This document shows, piece by piece, positions 39,835 to 53,787 of a stretch of 64,000 bases of DNA (its first letter is position 1; the number at the start of each line of letters is the position of its first letter). Under the pieces are notes generated by a model. The model worked only from the letters and a program-made list of their open reading frames with translations. It was not told where the DNA came from and searched no databases. A program made the position numbers and the translations under genes. Source of the DNA: Octopus vulgaris (taxonomy: Eukaryota). The stretch is taken from contig OX597822.1 in the NCBI GenBank assembly GCA_951406725.2, positions 94,922,001 through 94,986,000 on the forward strand, given 5' to 3'.

Positions 39835-40405
39835 TGTAAGAATTAACACTTCCTTCTCCAAGCCTAGACTCGAAACCGAATCCAAGAATTCTTGGTTGTC
39901 CAAACCACGACGATCAACAGGTGCGAAAAAAGGTTTTCTTTGTCTTGTCAAAAATTGATTGATCATCTCCCTTTGACCTGAGACCTCAGCATGTCAGGTG
40001 AAGTTCAACTGGACAGGGGCTGACCTGTTTAGGTACAAACTCTGCTGCAGTATGTCTGTCTTTCTAGCTTCCACGTTTTTATTATAAATACAGTGGTGAA
40101 ACAGAAAGGCAGGCAGACAGACGAGAAAAGATCTACTATACGACCCAAGGTTTTGGCAGACCGCAGACACCGAGAGAAATGTTCGAAGTGCCATGATAGA
40201 CTACTCTCAAATGAACCACGCACACACATAAACATATTCATTCCTGATATGACACCCACAAATGTACTCTGTATTTCTAGCAACTCATAGCAGTTGCCAA
40301 CATTTTGTATGTAGTGTACTTATAACGAATCAAACCCTGTAAATAAATTGTTTTCAATTATGGATCGGTTTACATATTTGTTTACATATACGCTTAACCA
40401 CTACA
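39835..40405 (+). mobile_element. Solo LTR (gypsy-like)
   Basis: TGTA...TACA termini, 4-bp TSD CACC, TATA-like motif at ~40083 and AATAAA at ~40342. Confidence 0.75.
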
Positions 40406-40893
40406 CACCTGAGAATTTCATCTCTTTCAAATCTTAACTTATAGTCCACCAATAAGTATTCATTGATAGGCATTATTATCATGGTGAAATATGTCAGAAA
40501 TTATTCTCTATGAATTCTTATCTTATAGTTTACATATTGAGCTCCTTCGTGAAAGAAATCCATTCTCTAAAATATTTGGGAAATCCTTACATGTTAACTA
40601 TTTTAAACTTCATCATTTGAAGTCCATGTTCCATGCTGGCATAGGTTGGACTTGTAGCTGATATCAATACACAACTTGTAATTGATAAATCAATACACAC
40701 CAGAGGAATAGGAATGATACCAGTGTGAAATATTCAGGGAATTATTCTGTGTGAACTAAATCTCCACTTGTAATCTACAGCAGAATACAGACTGGAAAAG
40801 ATTTATCAAATTTGAAAACGCTGAGCAATGTGAAATATGTTGGAAATCACTCCCTGGGTGTCAGTGAACAGATCACAGATAGCATAGTGAGAA

Positions 40894-41399
40894 TGTCGGT
40901 GTTATTCTGCTTTAAGCATGCCATAGAACCCCTTATAACTTTTTTTATTTTTAGAAATTTTCAGAAAACTTTTTTGAATTTGTGTTCTATACATAGGAAT
41001 TCATATGATTATGCAAAAACCCCCAAAAATTTTTTTGGTGCATGAGTTAAGGGCTATTTAGCTGTTATGTTTAGCACATCTCATGACCACCTCATACCTT
41101 CTTCGTTTGTTTGTCTGTTTGATGTATTAATGCTTTTCAATATCTTTTTCTCTATAACCACATTTAATGGTCTATTCTTGAGATTTAAGCTAAAATTTTT
41201 GGACTGTCTGTATTTTTAACTGTTTTAAAAAGAAAAAAGTTGAAAAATTTAAAAGAAAAATATTTTGAACAATCAAAAAAAGTTTTTTCTTTCACGGTCA
41301 TGTGAATTCCTGTGTCGAATACTAATTCACAAAAGTTTTCCGAAAATTCCGAAAAATAAAAAATTTACGAGGAGTTATATGGGGTGCTTAAAGCAGAAT
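40894..41399. mobile_element. Old DNA-transposon relic with ~85-bp imperfect inverted repeats
   Basis: ATTCTGCTTTAAGCA... and ...TGCTTAAAGCAGAAT, with matching internal arms. Confidence 0.55.
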
Positions 41400-42453
41400 T
41401 CTGCCAAAATTTTGACACCATATAATGAGTAAATGACGTTAACGGGGTTTTTTTGTGTTTTTGAAAAATGACCAAAATGTATCTTCTATACTACAATCTA
41501 AGTCTCAGATCAAAGCACTTGACAGACGAGTACAATTCCAACACTCCTTGAATCTTTGTCTTGTTATTCACAAATACACACTGTCATTTGTTTCATTCAG
41601 AAACAATTTCATTAACCACGAGACTGGGAAAAACACAGGTGTAAAATCCAATTGACGTGAAATTTTCAGAAAATGATTTCCATTTAAAACCCATGTTGTT
41701 AAATATATACATGCAGAAATTATTTTGGGGTGATTTGTTGAAGACATCTTTATATATAAAAGAGAAGTTGTGTGCTGTCTGTCTCCTACGATTTAGATTC
41801 CTAACTACTCCCACATTTTGCGGTGCAGTTTAACCAAAACCAGGTATCTTATAGTCGTGATTCATATCGAGCCCTTCTGGGTATTAGCGTGTGTCTACGA
41901 TGAGTCTACGATTTAAAAAAAAATAACCATCATTTTTTTCCATTTTAATGCATTTCTTTCGCTATTATATAAGGGAAGTAACTCTCTAAAAATGTCTATG
42001 ATGAGTCAACGATTTAAAAAAAAATTTACCGTCATTTTTTTCCCATTTTTAATGCATTCTTTTGCTATATAGTTATTTCCCTTACAAACCCGAGCAACGC
42101 CGGGCGATACTGCTAGTACTCTATAAATAAAAATTGAAAGAACTAATTGTTCAGAGATCTGTGTAAAATTTTGTTCTGAAACAAAAGTTTTGTTACTTTT
42201 TTTTTTTTTGTATATTAATTTTATTTTCAGTTCAATATTAATTGCAATGAGATTAATTCTTCAACCTGTCCTTCTCGTTTCTTCAGTACTGAGATTCGCC
42301 AACACTACACCTGATTTTCTTCCCTCCATACACACGCAAGCATGTATCTGACTCATACACTGTTCACTTTCCAGACATTTGTACATTACTGCATATACTT
42401 TATACGCACTTTCTGACAAGTTGTGGTGCACCTGAGCACTGTATACAATAATT

Positions 42454-42500
<47 letters not shown>

Positions 42501-42607
42501 ATACATGACTAGAAATGGATTTATTACTCAGTCCGAAATTGGCATCAGATGTGGGTTGTTTAGCCCTTTAGCATTCAAACTGGCCATATTCAGCCTAAGT
42601 ATTCTAC

Positions 42608-43161
42608 CATCATCATCATCGTCATTTAGCGTCCGCTTTCCATGCTAGCATGGGTTGGACGGTTCAACTGGGGTCTGGGAGCCAGAAGGCTGCACACCAG
42701 GCCCAGTCTGATCTGGCAATGTTTCTACGGCTGGATGCCCTTCCTAACGCCAATCACTCCGTGAGTGTAGTGGGCGCATTTTATGTTCCACTGGCACAGG
42801 TGCCAGACAGGGCTGGCAAACGGCCATGGTCAGATGGTGCTTTTTACGTGCCACCGGCACAGGGACCCCTTGGGGTGGCGCTGGCAACGGCCACATTCGG
42901 ATGGTTCGCTTACGTGCCACCGGCACTGGTATCACAGCTACAATTCCCATTGATGTTGATCGATTTCGATTTTGATTCTGATTCTGATTCTCGCTTGCCT
43001 CAACAGGTCTTCGCAAGTAGAGTTTTATGTTCCAAGAAGGAAAGGTATGTATAAGTGGACTGGCTACATCCCAGGTAGAGGCCATGGTTTATGGTCTCAC
43101 TTGTCCTGCCGGGTTTTCTCACGCACAGCATACTTCCATAGGTCTCGGTCACTAGTCATTT
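42608..43161 (-). mobile_element. SINE family D with (GAT)n tail; other copies ~52683-52950(-), 57339-57710(+), 59940-60142(+, nested in SINE A)
   Basis: Shared GGTTGGCGTTAGGAAGGGCATCCAGC core, internal GTGCCGGTGGCAC repeats and (GAT)n tail. Confidence 0.8.
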
Positions 43162-43437
43162 CTGTTAAAACTGGCCAGATCTGGTTTCTCATACATAACC
43201 TACAATGTCATTTTAAAAATAAGCAATCACACTGTGAAAATCTCTTAGCTACAAGATAATGCATAATTCAAAATAATGTGAATAAGTGGCTGTGTGGTAA
43301 GTAGCTTGCTAACCAACCACATGGTTCCGGGTTCAGTCCCAATGCGTGGCACCTTGGGCAAGTGTTTTCTACTATAGCCTCGGGCCGACCAAAGCCTTGT
43401 GAGTGGATTTGGTAGATGGAAACTGAAAGAAGCCCGT

Positions 43438-43475
<38 letters not shown>

Positions 43476-44879
43476 GTGTGTGTGTGTTTGTGTGTCTGTA
43501 TTTGTCCACCTAGCATTGCTTGACAACTGATGCTGATGTGTTTATGTCCCCGTTACTTAGCGGTTCGGCAAAAGAGACCGATAAAATAAGTACTGGGCTT
43601 ACAAAAGAATAAGTCCTGGGGTCGAGTTGCTCGATTAAAGGCGGTGCTCCAGCATGGCCGCAGTCAAATGACTGAAACAAGTAAAAGAGTAAATAAATAT
43701 GCGTTACATTTGAGAGAGTAATCTGAATGTTAAAGGGTTAAGGAATATCAAGCAACTTCTATGAATATTTCTTTTCCTCACTTCATAACTAAGTTGATTC
43801 TTTATGTGAGTTCTGCAGGACAGATGGAGGCGCAATGGCCCAGTGGTTAGGGCAGCGGACTCACGGTCGTAGGATCGCGGTTTCGATTCCCAGACCGGGC
43901 GTTGTGAGTGTTTATTGAGCGAAAACACCTAAAAGCTCCACGAGGCTCCGGCAGGGGATGGTAGTGATCCCTGCTGCACTCTTTCACCACAACTTTCTCT
44001 CACTCTTACTTTCTGTTTCTGTTGTACCTGTATTTCAAAGGGCCGGCCTTGTCACTCTCTGTGTCACGCTGAATATCCCCGAGAACTACGTTAAGGGTAC
44101 ACGTGTCTGTGGAGTGCTCAGCCACTTACACGTTAATTTCACGAGCAGGCTGTTCCGTTGATCGGATCAACCGGAACCCTCATCTTCGTAACCGACATAG
44201 TGCTTCTTCTTTTGCAGGACAAAGATGCTGTATTCGTTTTTTATAGATGGGTTAATCACAACTATAACAATGGTTGAACTAGAAAAGTCTATGATTAACT
44301 CCATGCTGTTATTTCCTTGACTGAAATCTATCTATAAGCTTTTTACATTTTTATCAAAAAGTTCCCAAACTAATTATGTAGTACACCAACAGGTGGCAGC
44401 ACACAGTTGTGTGTGCAGTGACACCTGGCAGTGACTTTCATGATGCAGTGTGGTGAGTGACATTGCTGTGTTTACTTCACAAATTGTGAAATTTGTGTTT
44501 TTGTGATCATCTGGATACTGTAAGTCTGTGATTTAGTCGTAGACAGTGTAGTGACTTCATTCAGGCATAGAGTAGATTCGAACCTGTATCGGCAAATTTA
44601 CCATAATATTTCAACAGCACTTTTCTCACAGAGAAATAATGGTTGATAGCTAGTTACATTTATCATATGGCTTTGTCAAGCTGATTTACGTCTTTGCCAC
44701 TTGACCATTCTAACCTCTTGTATTGGATGGAGAGTTAGAATTGAGATAACAATCAATCCCCAACGAAATCTATTTTTCTCTGCAATATATCTATTTTTCT
44801 AACTAATTTTGTATAGTTATAAATACAAGAACTCTGTAAGCCAAAATCAGTTAGTAAACAGAGACCACCAGGGATAGCC

Positions 44880-46448
44880 ACAGACACAGAGCCACTAGAG
44901 ACTAATGGTCAGAGGGAGAAAGAAAACAATCAGCCACTAAGATACATACAACTTCCATCTCCACTCTCTCACTTTCTTTTCTCTACAGCATTACCCAATC
45001 TCCATATGTTGTTTACTAATACACAATGACAAGAACACAAACTATAGAAGGAAAATCTATGATATCTCTCTTTATCTTGCATGCTTTACAACTTATATTG
45101 TACATACTAGCCCATCATGGTTTGGCTATAACGATATGTAATGGTAAATAAATATTTGTTTACAACTTCGATCACTGTTCTTCTTTCATCAACACCCGTT
45201 ACAATTCGTAACTGCTGACACCAACAATTATCATAATACGTACCATCACAACAGGAACAAAGATCCAACAGTGTGCAGTTACATTTAGACGAGTGGATCC
45301 TTCTGCCTACATACCTGGGCAAGCGTGTTGCCAGAGTTAGGGTAAGCAGGATTCCACCTGAAATGGAACCCAAGTGGCTGATAGTGGCAATCCTTGACGT
45401 GGGAGACGAAGAAAGACATGAGAGCATTAGCATCCTCCAGATAACCTGGATCCAACAAATAAATTGATAGGGTTACAGGCCAGAGATGCTTTTTGAGTCA
45501 ACCAAACAGAATATGCTGGAATACCAGAGACAATAGAACTACCAAATGGGGTAAAATTGGAAGTAATTTTGGATGGAATGCTCCCTACCAGCTATTCTTC
45601 GTAGGGAGAGGGAACACATAAAAAACAGGTGTCCCCAACAAGTGAAGGAGGTCTCAGAGATGGAAGCACAAGAATGTGCAATGGAATTAGAGCAAAAGGC
45701 CCGAGACAAAGAACAGGACACAAAGTTTACAGACGTAAGAACAAGAAAGTGAGAGAGGAGGAGGAATCCTCTGCCCACGCAGGAACAACAGCAAAAGAAA
45801 CATAAAACACAGGAAGAAACATACCCATTAAGACAAGCAACAACAAGCAGAAGCAATGTGCCCATAGGTTCACAAAAATAAAAAGAAAAAATATCACAAG
45901 CAGAACGGAATCACCAAGCAAACTCACAGACGTACAGACACACAAAATGTACAACAGAGTGAGAACACATATAGAAACAGGATATACTTAGTAACATATT
46001 GCACAATTCAAAAAATCGAAAGAAAAATTACAAAAATGAAAGTATTACAAAAGGTTATGGTACAGATATGAGGTGTATTTTGATAAATGAAGAAAGATGT
46101 AAAAATACTAAAAGAAGCATTTTCATCAGACGCGAATCCACTGGGGCCGGAAGTGAGAAATGAAACCCTGCACCCTAGTGGTAGAATATGACGAGATAAA
46201 GAAAGACATCAACTGATAAGTAGAAAAAAATATATTGAAAATTAACTTTTAGGAAAAACAGAAAAAAAGAAAAATTATAGAAGCATTTTGAATTAATTGT
46301 AAAAACGTAACCATCTCGGAGTGGGGCCAGGGTGGCTGTCTCATCTTCATTTGTACAAACCCATATAATTCATTTTCATATGTTATGTCCCCACATATCA
46401 TGTATTGTCCCCTTTTCGATGGGCCCTTGTGGGCAATAAAGAAAGAAA
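44880..46448 (+). mobile_element. Decayed retroelement with gag/ORF1-like remnant
   Basis: Broken coding-like stretch ending in a degenerate zinc-knuckle (..EREHIKNRCP, ~45590-45636). The 3' end is AATAAA-GAAAGAAA. Confidence 0.4.
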
Positions 46449-46476
46449 TTCCTTAGAACATGAATTTATAAAAAGC

Positions 46477-47206
46477 TAGCACTATGACCTGGCGTTGCCG
46501 GGTCTTGTGCAAGTCAAGCATAATTAGTCTTTCATGAAAATCTTGTCATACCCTTGGTCTAACTCATTAATTATTCCCTGCATTTCTCAAATCCAAAAAG
46601 CATGCACGTTTGAATGCCAAAACACATGATAACGCGTCTTCGCAAAACACAAAAATGCGCAGAGCCATACAGACTGTCTGCAAATGCACACGCGCATCAA
46701 ACTGTCAAGTGTAAAATTATCTCCGTCGAATAAAAAATCAGACATTTTGCCATTTATAGATATAGAGATTTTAAGCAAATGTTTAGAAATTCTCTGGGAA
46801 ACTGGAAAATCTAGAAATCTGGGACAGTTCTGGTCCTAAATTTGATAAATTGGTCTGGTACAGTATTGAGGTGTGATACATAACAAAGGGAGGGAAATAC
46901 AGAGTTTTAAAGAGTTATTTCCCTTGCTATGGTTTAATATCTTTTGATTAAACTCCTGGATTAAGTGAGTTATGTCCCTTGTATTAAAGACTTTTGTTAC
47001 CTGAAACGTAAGGGGTCAGTTTATCGATTTTTTAAAAATGGCTTTCAGGGTTAACTGGGAAATGAAAAGATCTTCACAACCACCCTTGGACGGTTTTGAA
47101 TGACCATAGAAAGTGCGAGCCCTCTAACTGAAAAATTGTGGATTTGTATAAAGGATACACACACACACACACACAGACAGACATTTTGCCGTTTATATAT
47201 ATAGAG
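46477..47206 (-). mobile_element. Second non-autonomous Helitron-like family; plus-strand relative at 51857-52218
   Basis: TC(TA)nAACGGCAAAATGTC 5' end, present twice, and a GACCCGGCAACGCCAGGTC hairpin before CTAG. Confidence 0.7.
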
Positions 47207-48434
47207 ATTTCCAGGTGGTCAAGCCTTTAATAATTGCTTTTTTTTAGTAACTGTTACATACCTGATTAATAAGTAGCTTTCTCCATTATGATATAGAAGA
47301 TATATACGAAGAGGATCCCACAGGTAGCCAAATTATGAAAATGTAAAATGCACTAAAATTATTGTATACACAGAGATTTATCCTGTCAAAATTTCCTGTC
47401 TGTAGTTTGTTGCATACAACAATTTATATAGTTTCAGCTTCGTTTACTTATTTCTTTGATAAGAATATACTTGTATTACAATGAAACACAGTATTACTTA
47501 TTCCGAGCACATATCGACTGGTCATGTTTTAATATATTTATAAATATTCAACTAGGACTACAATGTCGAATGTGCCCTTCACGGTATGACTTGAGGCTAT
47601 TTAGCTATTTCAAGCAATTCGAGCGACCATGTAAAAGTTCCTTCATTCATACGTGTAAGTTATTTGCTAGACGATAAAATAAGTACCAGTGGAGAACTGG
47701 AGTTGATATAATGGATCTTTTCGGTCTGAACGGCAGTTTTTTCTAGCGGTGTTATATGAAATTGTCACCCATAATTATGACCCTAGTATCCATCTATTGC
47801 ATTTCAATCTATTTTAGGGTTAGGGGTGGAGGAAGGGTATCTATTTTTCTTCACAAATGTAAATAAACCCAATCTGTTTCTTAAACGAGGGACATATTCA
47901 TACGGCACAGAATATTTTTTTTACCTCAATAGACGTCAGTGATTGGTTGAAATTGCAGAAATTGAAGAAAAAAAACAACAAATATCTTGCAAACTATAGA
48001 ATTTTCTCAATAAAGTCAAGAGAAAAAGATGTTTTATAAACACATTCTACCAGTATACGAAGTTTAAAATTTTTCAGTTACCTAGAAATTATGTTAAAAA
48101 TTGCCTTTCAAACCGAAAAGATCCGATATAATTGTTGATTAGCCCCCCTCACCCCCTCCCCTAAAACTTAGGCTTTGTGCTGCCAACACTGGTTCGGAGA
48201 CAAGTTACTTATTCTGAACGTATTTAATTATATTAGAGACTTCTAACCTATGTCACCGGTAATTTAGTCAAGGGAAAATTCATCAACTGCACCGTTGGAA
48301 TCTGATTGTCCTGACTTTACTTTGCTTAAAAATATGTAAATAATAAGAGATCCAGGTTCTAAAGCCAAGGAATTATGATAATAGATTAAACTGATAGCTA
48401 ATTCTTAACTTTAAAGAGTTCCTCGAAAATTAAT

Positions 48435-49772
48435 ATGGAGAACATTAATCTCTTGGACGCTTCCAACGCGACAATTTTTACCAATACAGAAAAGCGAACA
48501 CCGAAGAATCATACCAGAAACAATTACACGGAGACTAACAGTAAAGAAACGCCTTTATGTACTGAATCATTTACTAAACAAGCATCAACAGGGAGGGATA
48601 TTCCGAAATATTGCTGTGAGCTCTGTAAGAAAACCATTCCTTCAGGATATGAAGTTTTCGCGGACGAACATACAGATAATAGAGGAGGAAAACGCTTGTA
48701 TTGCGAAATATGCGGGAAATATTCTGTTTCTAACATTATAATACACAAAAAAGCGAACCCCGAAGAAAAGTCATACCAGTGTAAGATATGTGAGAAATCT
48801 TTTATTACTAATTCGAATCTTGTTATTCATTTACGTAGTCACACAGGAGAAAGACCTTATTGCTGTGATATCTGTGGCAAATCGTTTTCTTTTACCACCA
48901 GCCTTATCGTTCATAAACGTAGTCATACCGGAGAAAAGCCTTATCGTTGTGAAGTATGCGGCAAGTGCTTCGTCACTAACGGTTGTTTGGTGCGACACAA
49001 ACGAATACACAGCGGGGAAAGACCGTATAGGTGTGAAACGTGTGGGAAATGTTTCATTGAGAATTCTAAGCTTACAATACACAAACGTAGTCACACCGGA
49101 GAACATCCGTTCCAGTGTGAATTGTGTGGGAAATACTTTGTGTCCAGTAGTAATTTGATAACACACAAACGAATACACGGCGGAGAAAAACGCCATTGCT
49201 GTGAGATATGTGGGAAATGTTTTGTCAATAAAAGTGATTTAAACAGACACGAGAAAGTGCATACGGGAGAAAACCAGTTTCACTGTGAGATATGCGGGAA
49301 ATCTTTCATCGAGAATTCCAAACTTACCATTCACAGGCGTAGGCACACGGGAGAAAAACCTTATTGCTGTGATATCTGTGGGAAGTGTTTTGTCGGTAAA
49401 AGCGATCTAAAAAGTCACGAACGCGTACATACTGGTGAAAAGCCTTACTGTTGCGACGTTTGTGGGAAGGCTTTTATCCATAATAGTAAACTAACAACAC
49501 ACAGAAGAATCCATACGGGGGAAAAACCCTATCTCTGTAGGATATGTGGGAAATCTTTCTCTGATAATTCTAATTATGTAGTCCATAAGCGTAGTCACAT
49601 TGGAGGAAAATCTGTCCACTGTGAAATCTGCAGAAAATCTTTTGTTAATAATTCGAATCTTGTTATCCACATACGTAGTCACACGGGAGAGAGACCCTAT
49701 CGCTGTGAGATCTGTGAGAAATCATTTATCACTAACCGCCTCTTGAAAACCCACAGAGAGACGCACATTTGA
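48435..49772 (+). CDS. C2H2 zinc-finger protein, 12 intact plus 2 degenerate fingers, 445 aa; paralogue of 35977-37035
   Basis: Uninterrupted ORF. Shares the AAAATTAATATGG start context and an E(A/S)FTKQ..Y.CE.C.K...S..EV N-terminal region with the first gene. Confidence 0.93.
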   Translation: MENINLLDASNATIFTNTEKRTPKNHTRNNYTETNSKETPLCTESFTKQASTGRDIPKYCCELCKKTIPSGYEVFADEHTDNRGGKRLYCEICGKYSVSNIIIHKKANPEEKSYQCKICEKSFITNSNLVIHLRSHTGERPYCCDICGKSFSFTTSLIVHKRSHTGEKPYRCEVCGKCFVTNGCLVRHKRIHSGERPYRCETCGKCFIENSKLTIHKRSHTGEHPFQCELCGKYFVSSSNLITHKRIHGGEKRHCCEICGKCFVNKSDLNRHEKVHTGENQFHCEICGKSFIENSKLTIHRRRHTGEKPYCCDICGKCFVGKSDLKSHERVHTGEKPYCCDVCGKAFIHNSKLTTHRRIHTGEKPYLCRICGKSFSDNSNYVVHKRSHIGGKSVHCEICRKSFVNNSNLVIHIRSHTGERPYRCEICEKSFITNRLLKTHRETHI

Positions 49773-50310
49773 GAGAAGACTTTTTGAATTTGAAACCTTG
49801 AGAAATCTCTCTGTGGATTTAAACTTATAAGTCAGTCCATCAGCAACTGTATATGGAGCATCTATTTTGGTGAAATTTGTGTTGAATCAATTATTACTAA
49901 CTACCTCTTGAAAACCCACTGACAGGCACACATTGGAGAGAAGACTTTTGAATTTGAAACCTGAGAAATCTCTTTGTGGATTTAAACTTATAAGTCAGTC
50001 CATCAGCAACTGTTTATGGAACATTTATTTTGGTGAAATTTGCAGCGAATCAATTATTACTAACTACCTCTTGAAATCACACAGACAGACACACATCGGA
50101 GAGAAGTCTTTTGAATCAGAAATGTGAGAATTCCTGCAGATTTAAAATTAAAGTCAATCCTTCAACAACTGTATAGAGAACATTTATTTTGGTGATATAT
50201 GTAGGGAATCATTTCTCATTAACTGCCCCAGAAGACTTTCAAATCTGAAATGCAAGAAACCCTTCTGTAGATTTAGACTTATAGTCAAGTCCATCAACAA
50301 CTATTTAGAG
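49705..50310 (+). repeat. ~160-165-bp tandem repeats of a decayed two-finger unit
   Basis: GTGA(G/A/T)AT.TG...GAATCA.TT.T.ACTAAC-like motif recurs at ~49705, 49870, 50033 and 50192. Confidence 0.8.
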
Positions 50311-53300
50311 ACCTTTTTTAAACTCTCATTTTATAGTCCTCAAATGTGCTCTCTTTTGAGAGAAAGCCTTTCATTGAAATGTTTAGGAAATTTTTTTATT
50401 TGTGAATTATAAACTTGTAGTTAATGACCAAATATACACTAAACAAAGAATACTAGATCAGTGTGATATATGTATGCAATCATTCAGTAGGAACTAAATC
50501 TATATTGGTAAGGAACCATAGGACAAAATTATTATGGGAGTTATGTGGTAATTGCTTTCTAAGTTGTGTTGGAATTACGCTTAGAGGAAGAGAGAAAGAG
50601 CTATTCATTGTTTGTCTTAAATTTTGTTGGACAAACACAATTTCATTAAATACGTGATAGAAAGCAGATGTGAAATTTATGTTGAATCTTACCACTGAAA
50701 TTTGTGACTAATTATACTTATTTATATGTAAATAAAAATCTTTTAAATTTTATATTATAAACTTTAAAACTACAATATTTGTAGGAATACATCATTTTTA
50801 AAATCGAATAACCTCTGAAAATGCTATTTATGATAAAATCTCTATCTCTTATTATAAAAGGCAGATTTCATCTGCCTCCCTTTGTCAGTTATAGAAATCT
50901 ACAATATAGGATTTCTTCAATTACAATTTACCTAGCATTTTTAAGAGTAGAATGCATCGGGTTTTGCCAGGTCCAGTTTTTAAAATTTAAACTCCAATTA
51001 AGCAAAATTTACAGAAAACTCACATTCTGGTGTGTATGTCAAATGCTTTTCTTAGTCTGGTTTACAGCACACGCAAACGCACACACACAGTGTGCAACGA
51101 ATAAAGTGAAACTAGATGTAATATTTGTTTCTGTCTATCACGCTGATAGATACATGAGTAAAATGTATGGCAAGCTAACAGATAAGAGTGAGTGAAAATG
51201 TTCTTGGAAGAGAGTAAATAGCGACAGAGTGATTTGAGGAAGACTAAACTGAAAGTATGAAACAGTGTTTATGTATAAACAGATGACACTTATATAAACC
51301 CTTTCGTTACCAAACCGCCCGAATTTACCTATTCATATTTAAATGAGAATATCAGAGTAAATCTCTTTAGTACATTCGTGAAAACACGTATTATACTTCG
51401 TAAACACTTCAAATACAGTTTTGTACAAAAATCGAAGTGTAAGACTGAAAAAAAAAAGCATCTTTATATAAGAGTGAAGTTGTGTGTCTGTCTCCTACGA
51501 TTTAGATTCGTAACTACTCCCACATTTTGCGGTGCAGTTTAACCAAAAGCGGGTATCTTATAGTCGTGATTCATATCGAGCCCTTCTGGGTATTAGCGCG
51601 CGTCTATGATGAGTCTACGATTTAAAAAAAATTTACCATCATATTTTTCCATTTTAATGCATTTTTTTCGCTTTTATATAAGGGAAGTAACTCTCTAAAA
51701 ATATCTACGATGTGTCAACGATTTAAAAAAAAAATTTACCTTAATTTTTTTTCAATTTTTAATGCATTTTTTTGCTATTTTTTGGCTATAACTCCCTAAA
51801 AATGCTTATATAGTTATTTCCCTTACAACCCAAGCAACGCCGGGCGATACTGCTAGTTATATATAAACGGCAAAATGTCTGTGTGTGTGTGCCCTTTATA
51901 CAAATCCACAATTTTTCAGTTAGAGGGCTTGCACTTTCTATGGTCATTCAAAACCGTCCAAGGGTGGTCGTGCACATCTTTACATTTCCCCAGTCACCCC
52001 ACAAAGCCATTAAAAAAATCAATGGAAGTGACTTTTTTGTGAATTTTCTATCCAAAACCCAATCAAAATGCCCGAAACTTGATACGCCAATTGAATGCCA
52101 GCTAGCTGTATGTGATTGGTTGGAGGTTTGGACAGTACTCGTGTGTATGTGCACACACACGCATTTGTATATGCATGTACTAGCACTATGACCTGGCAAC
52201 GCCAGGTCATAGTGCTAGTAGTTATATAAAATTGTTTCTGTACATTACTCAGAGTGAAAGACAATGGTTTCAACATCTTAGATTTAACTCATTAGCATTT
52301 AAAAGCAACTCCAAAACATTCAACCTGTTTTATGTCCAAACCCACCAGATCTGGACTGTCACACCTATCCTATAATGTCATTTTAGAAATACATAATCTT
52401 ATTGAAATCTTGAAGCTACAAGATAATACATGATTAATTCAAAAGAATGGGAATCAATAAGCATTACATTTGACAGAATAGTTTGAATGTTAAAAGGTTA
52501 AGGTAGAGCATTCCAATAGCTTGGTTTGTGTGATAGTTTCCTTACTGCTTCATTAATTGGATAGAATTCTGCATGTTGGTGAATAGTTTACATTTTCAAT
52601 CTTTGGTGGTTTATCACGTCAGCCATGGTTGGATACTAGTTGCCTAGCAACATATTTTTACATATTTGTTGCTGTTCTTAAACATCATCGTTTAACATCC
52701 GTTTTCCGTGCTAGCATGGGTTGGACAGTTCGACCAGGGTCTTGGAAGCCAGGTGGCTGCACCAGACTCCAGTCTGATCTGGCAGTGTTTCTACAGCTGG
52801 ATGCCCTTCCTAACGCCAACCACTCCGTGAGTGTAGTCGGTGCTTTTTACGTGCCAGTGGAGGCTGGCAGTGGCCACGATCGGTTGGCACTTTTTATGTG
52901 CCACCGGCACAGAAGCCAGTCAAGGCGGTGCTGGCATCGGCCACGTTTGGATCAAGTCAATTATTATTTTGAACAAATATTGCACTATCATTCAACTAAG
53001 GTAGTTGTTAAATAATATTCTGCAGGCTGCAATTTACTCACACACACAGTATCTTTCAGACTTTGTCACTAATTAAGTTCTTAATCAAATTGAAAACTGT
53101 TTACATTTTTGAAGAGGACTGGTCCCTAGCTACATTTTGGCATAAAAAAATTGAAATTTCGTCCAGTAGAAAAAAGTTTACATCAAAATTTGTGGCAACG
53201 TTATATGAGAGTAAGTTTAGATCTAAATAACTTTTTTATTTTAAAAGCAAAATATATTTATCTTAGCTTCAATGATAGAAGTAAGCATGAATAATTTCAT

Positions 53301-53787
53301 AGCTTTGTTCCCATGCAACAAAAATTTGTATCAAAAAAGTTGTGAGGTAAAATATGAAAAAAATACATGTAAGGCAAAAAATTGGATTTAAGTATAGTTA
53401 ACTTTATTTTAAAAGCAAGCTATATTTTAATTAAGCTTAAATGATAGAGCTCAATTCGAAGAATGTCATGGTATCAATCTCATGCAATGAAGTTTTAAAA
53501 GAAAAAAGTTAGTGTTTGTTTCTCAAATTTGAGGGTGATAATATAATTCTATACTTTTTTTATGAATACAGTTCTATAAGGGGACTTTTAATATATATCA
53601 CCGTCATCATTGATGTAAGGAAAATAATTATCAATGACACCGCTAATTTGCAATTAGTTTTATTACGTCATCTGTATTAAAAATTAAAATATTGTTTTAA
53701 AAATTTATTATTCAATTTTCAATAAGGTAAAATCTTAAATTATTAATTGACACATTATTAATTAGCATAACAACATAGCCTGGAAAA

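Noticed and set aside
24430-49772. Functional coupling of the tRNA-Lys cluster to the Lys-rich zinc-finger genes
   Set aside because: Proximity alone gives no evidence, since tRNAs act in trans.
49770-49790. A-to-I editing of UGA to restore zinc-finger read-through
   Set aside because: A second in-frame stop follows within five codons and the downstream fingers are decayed.
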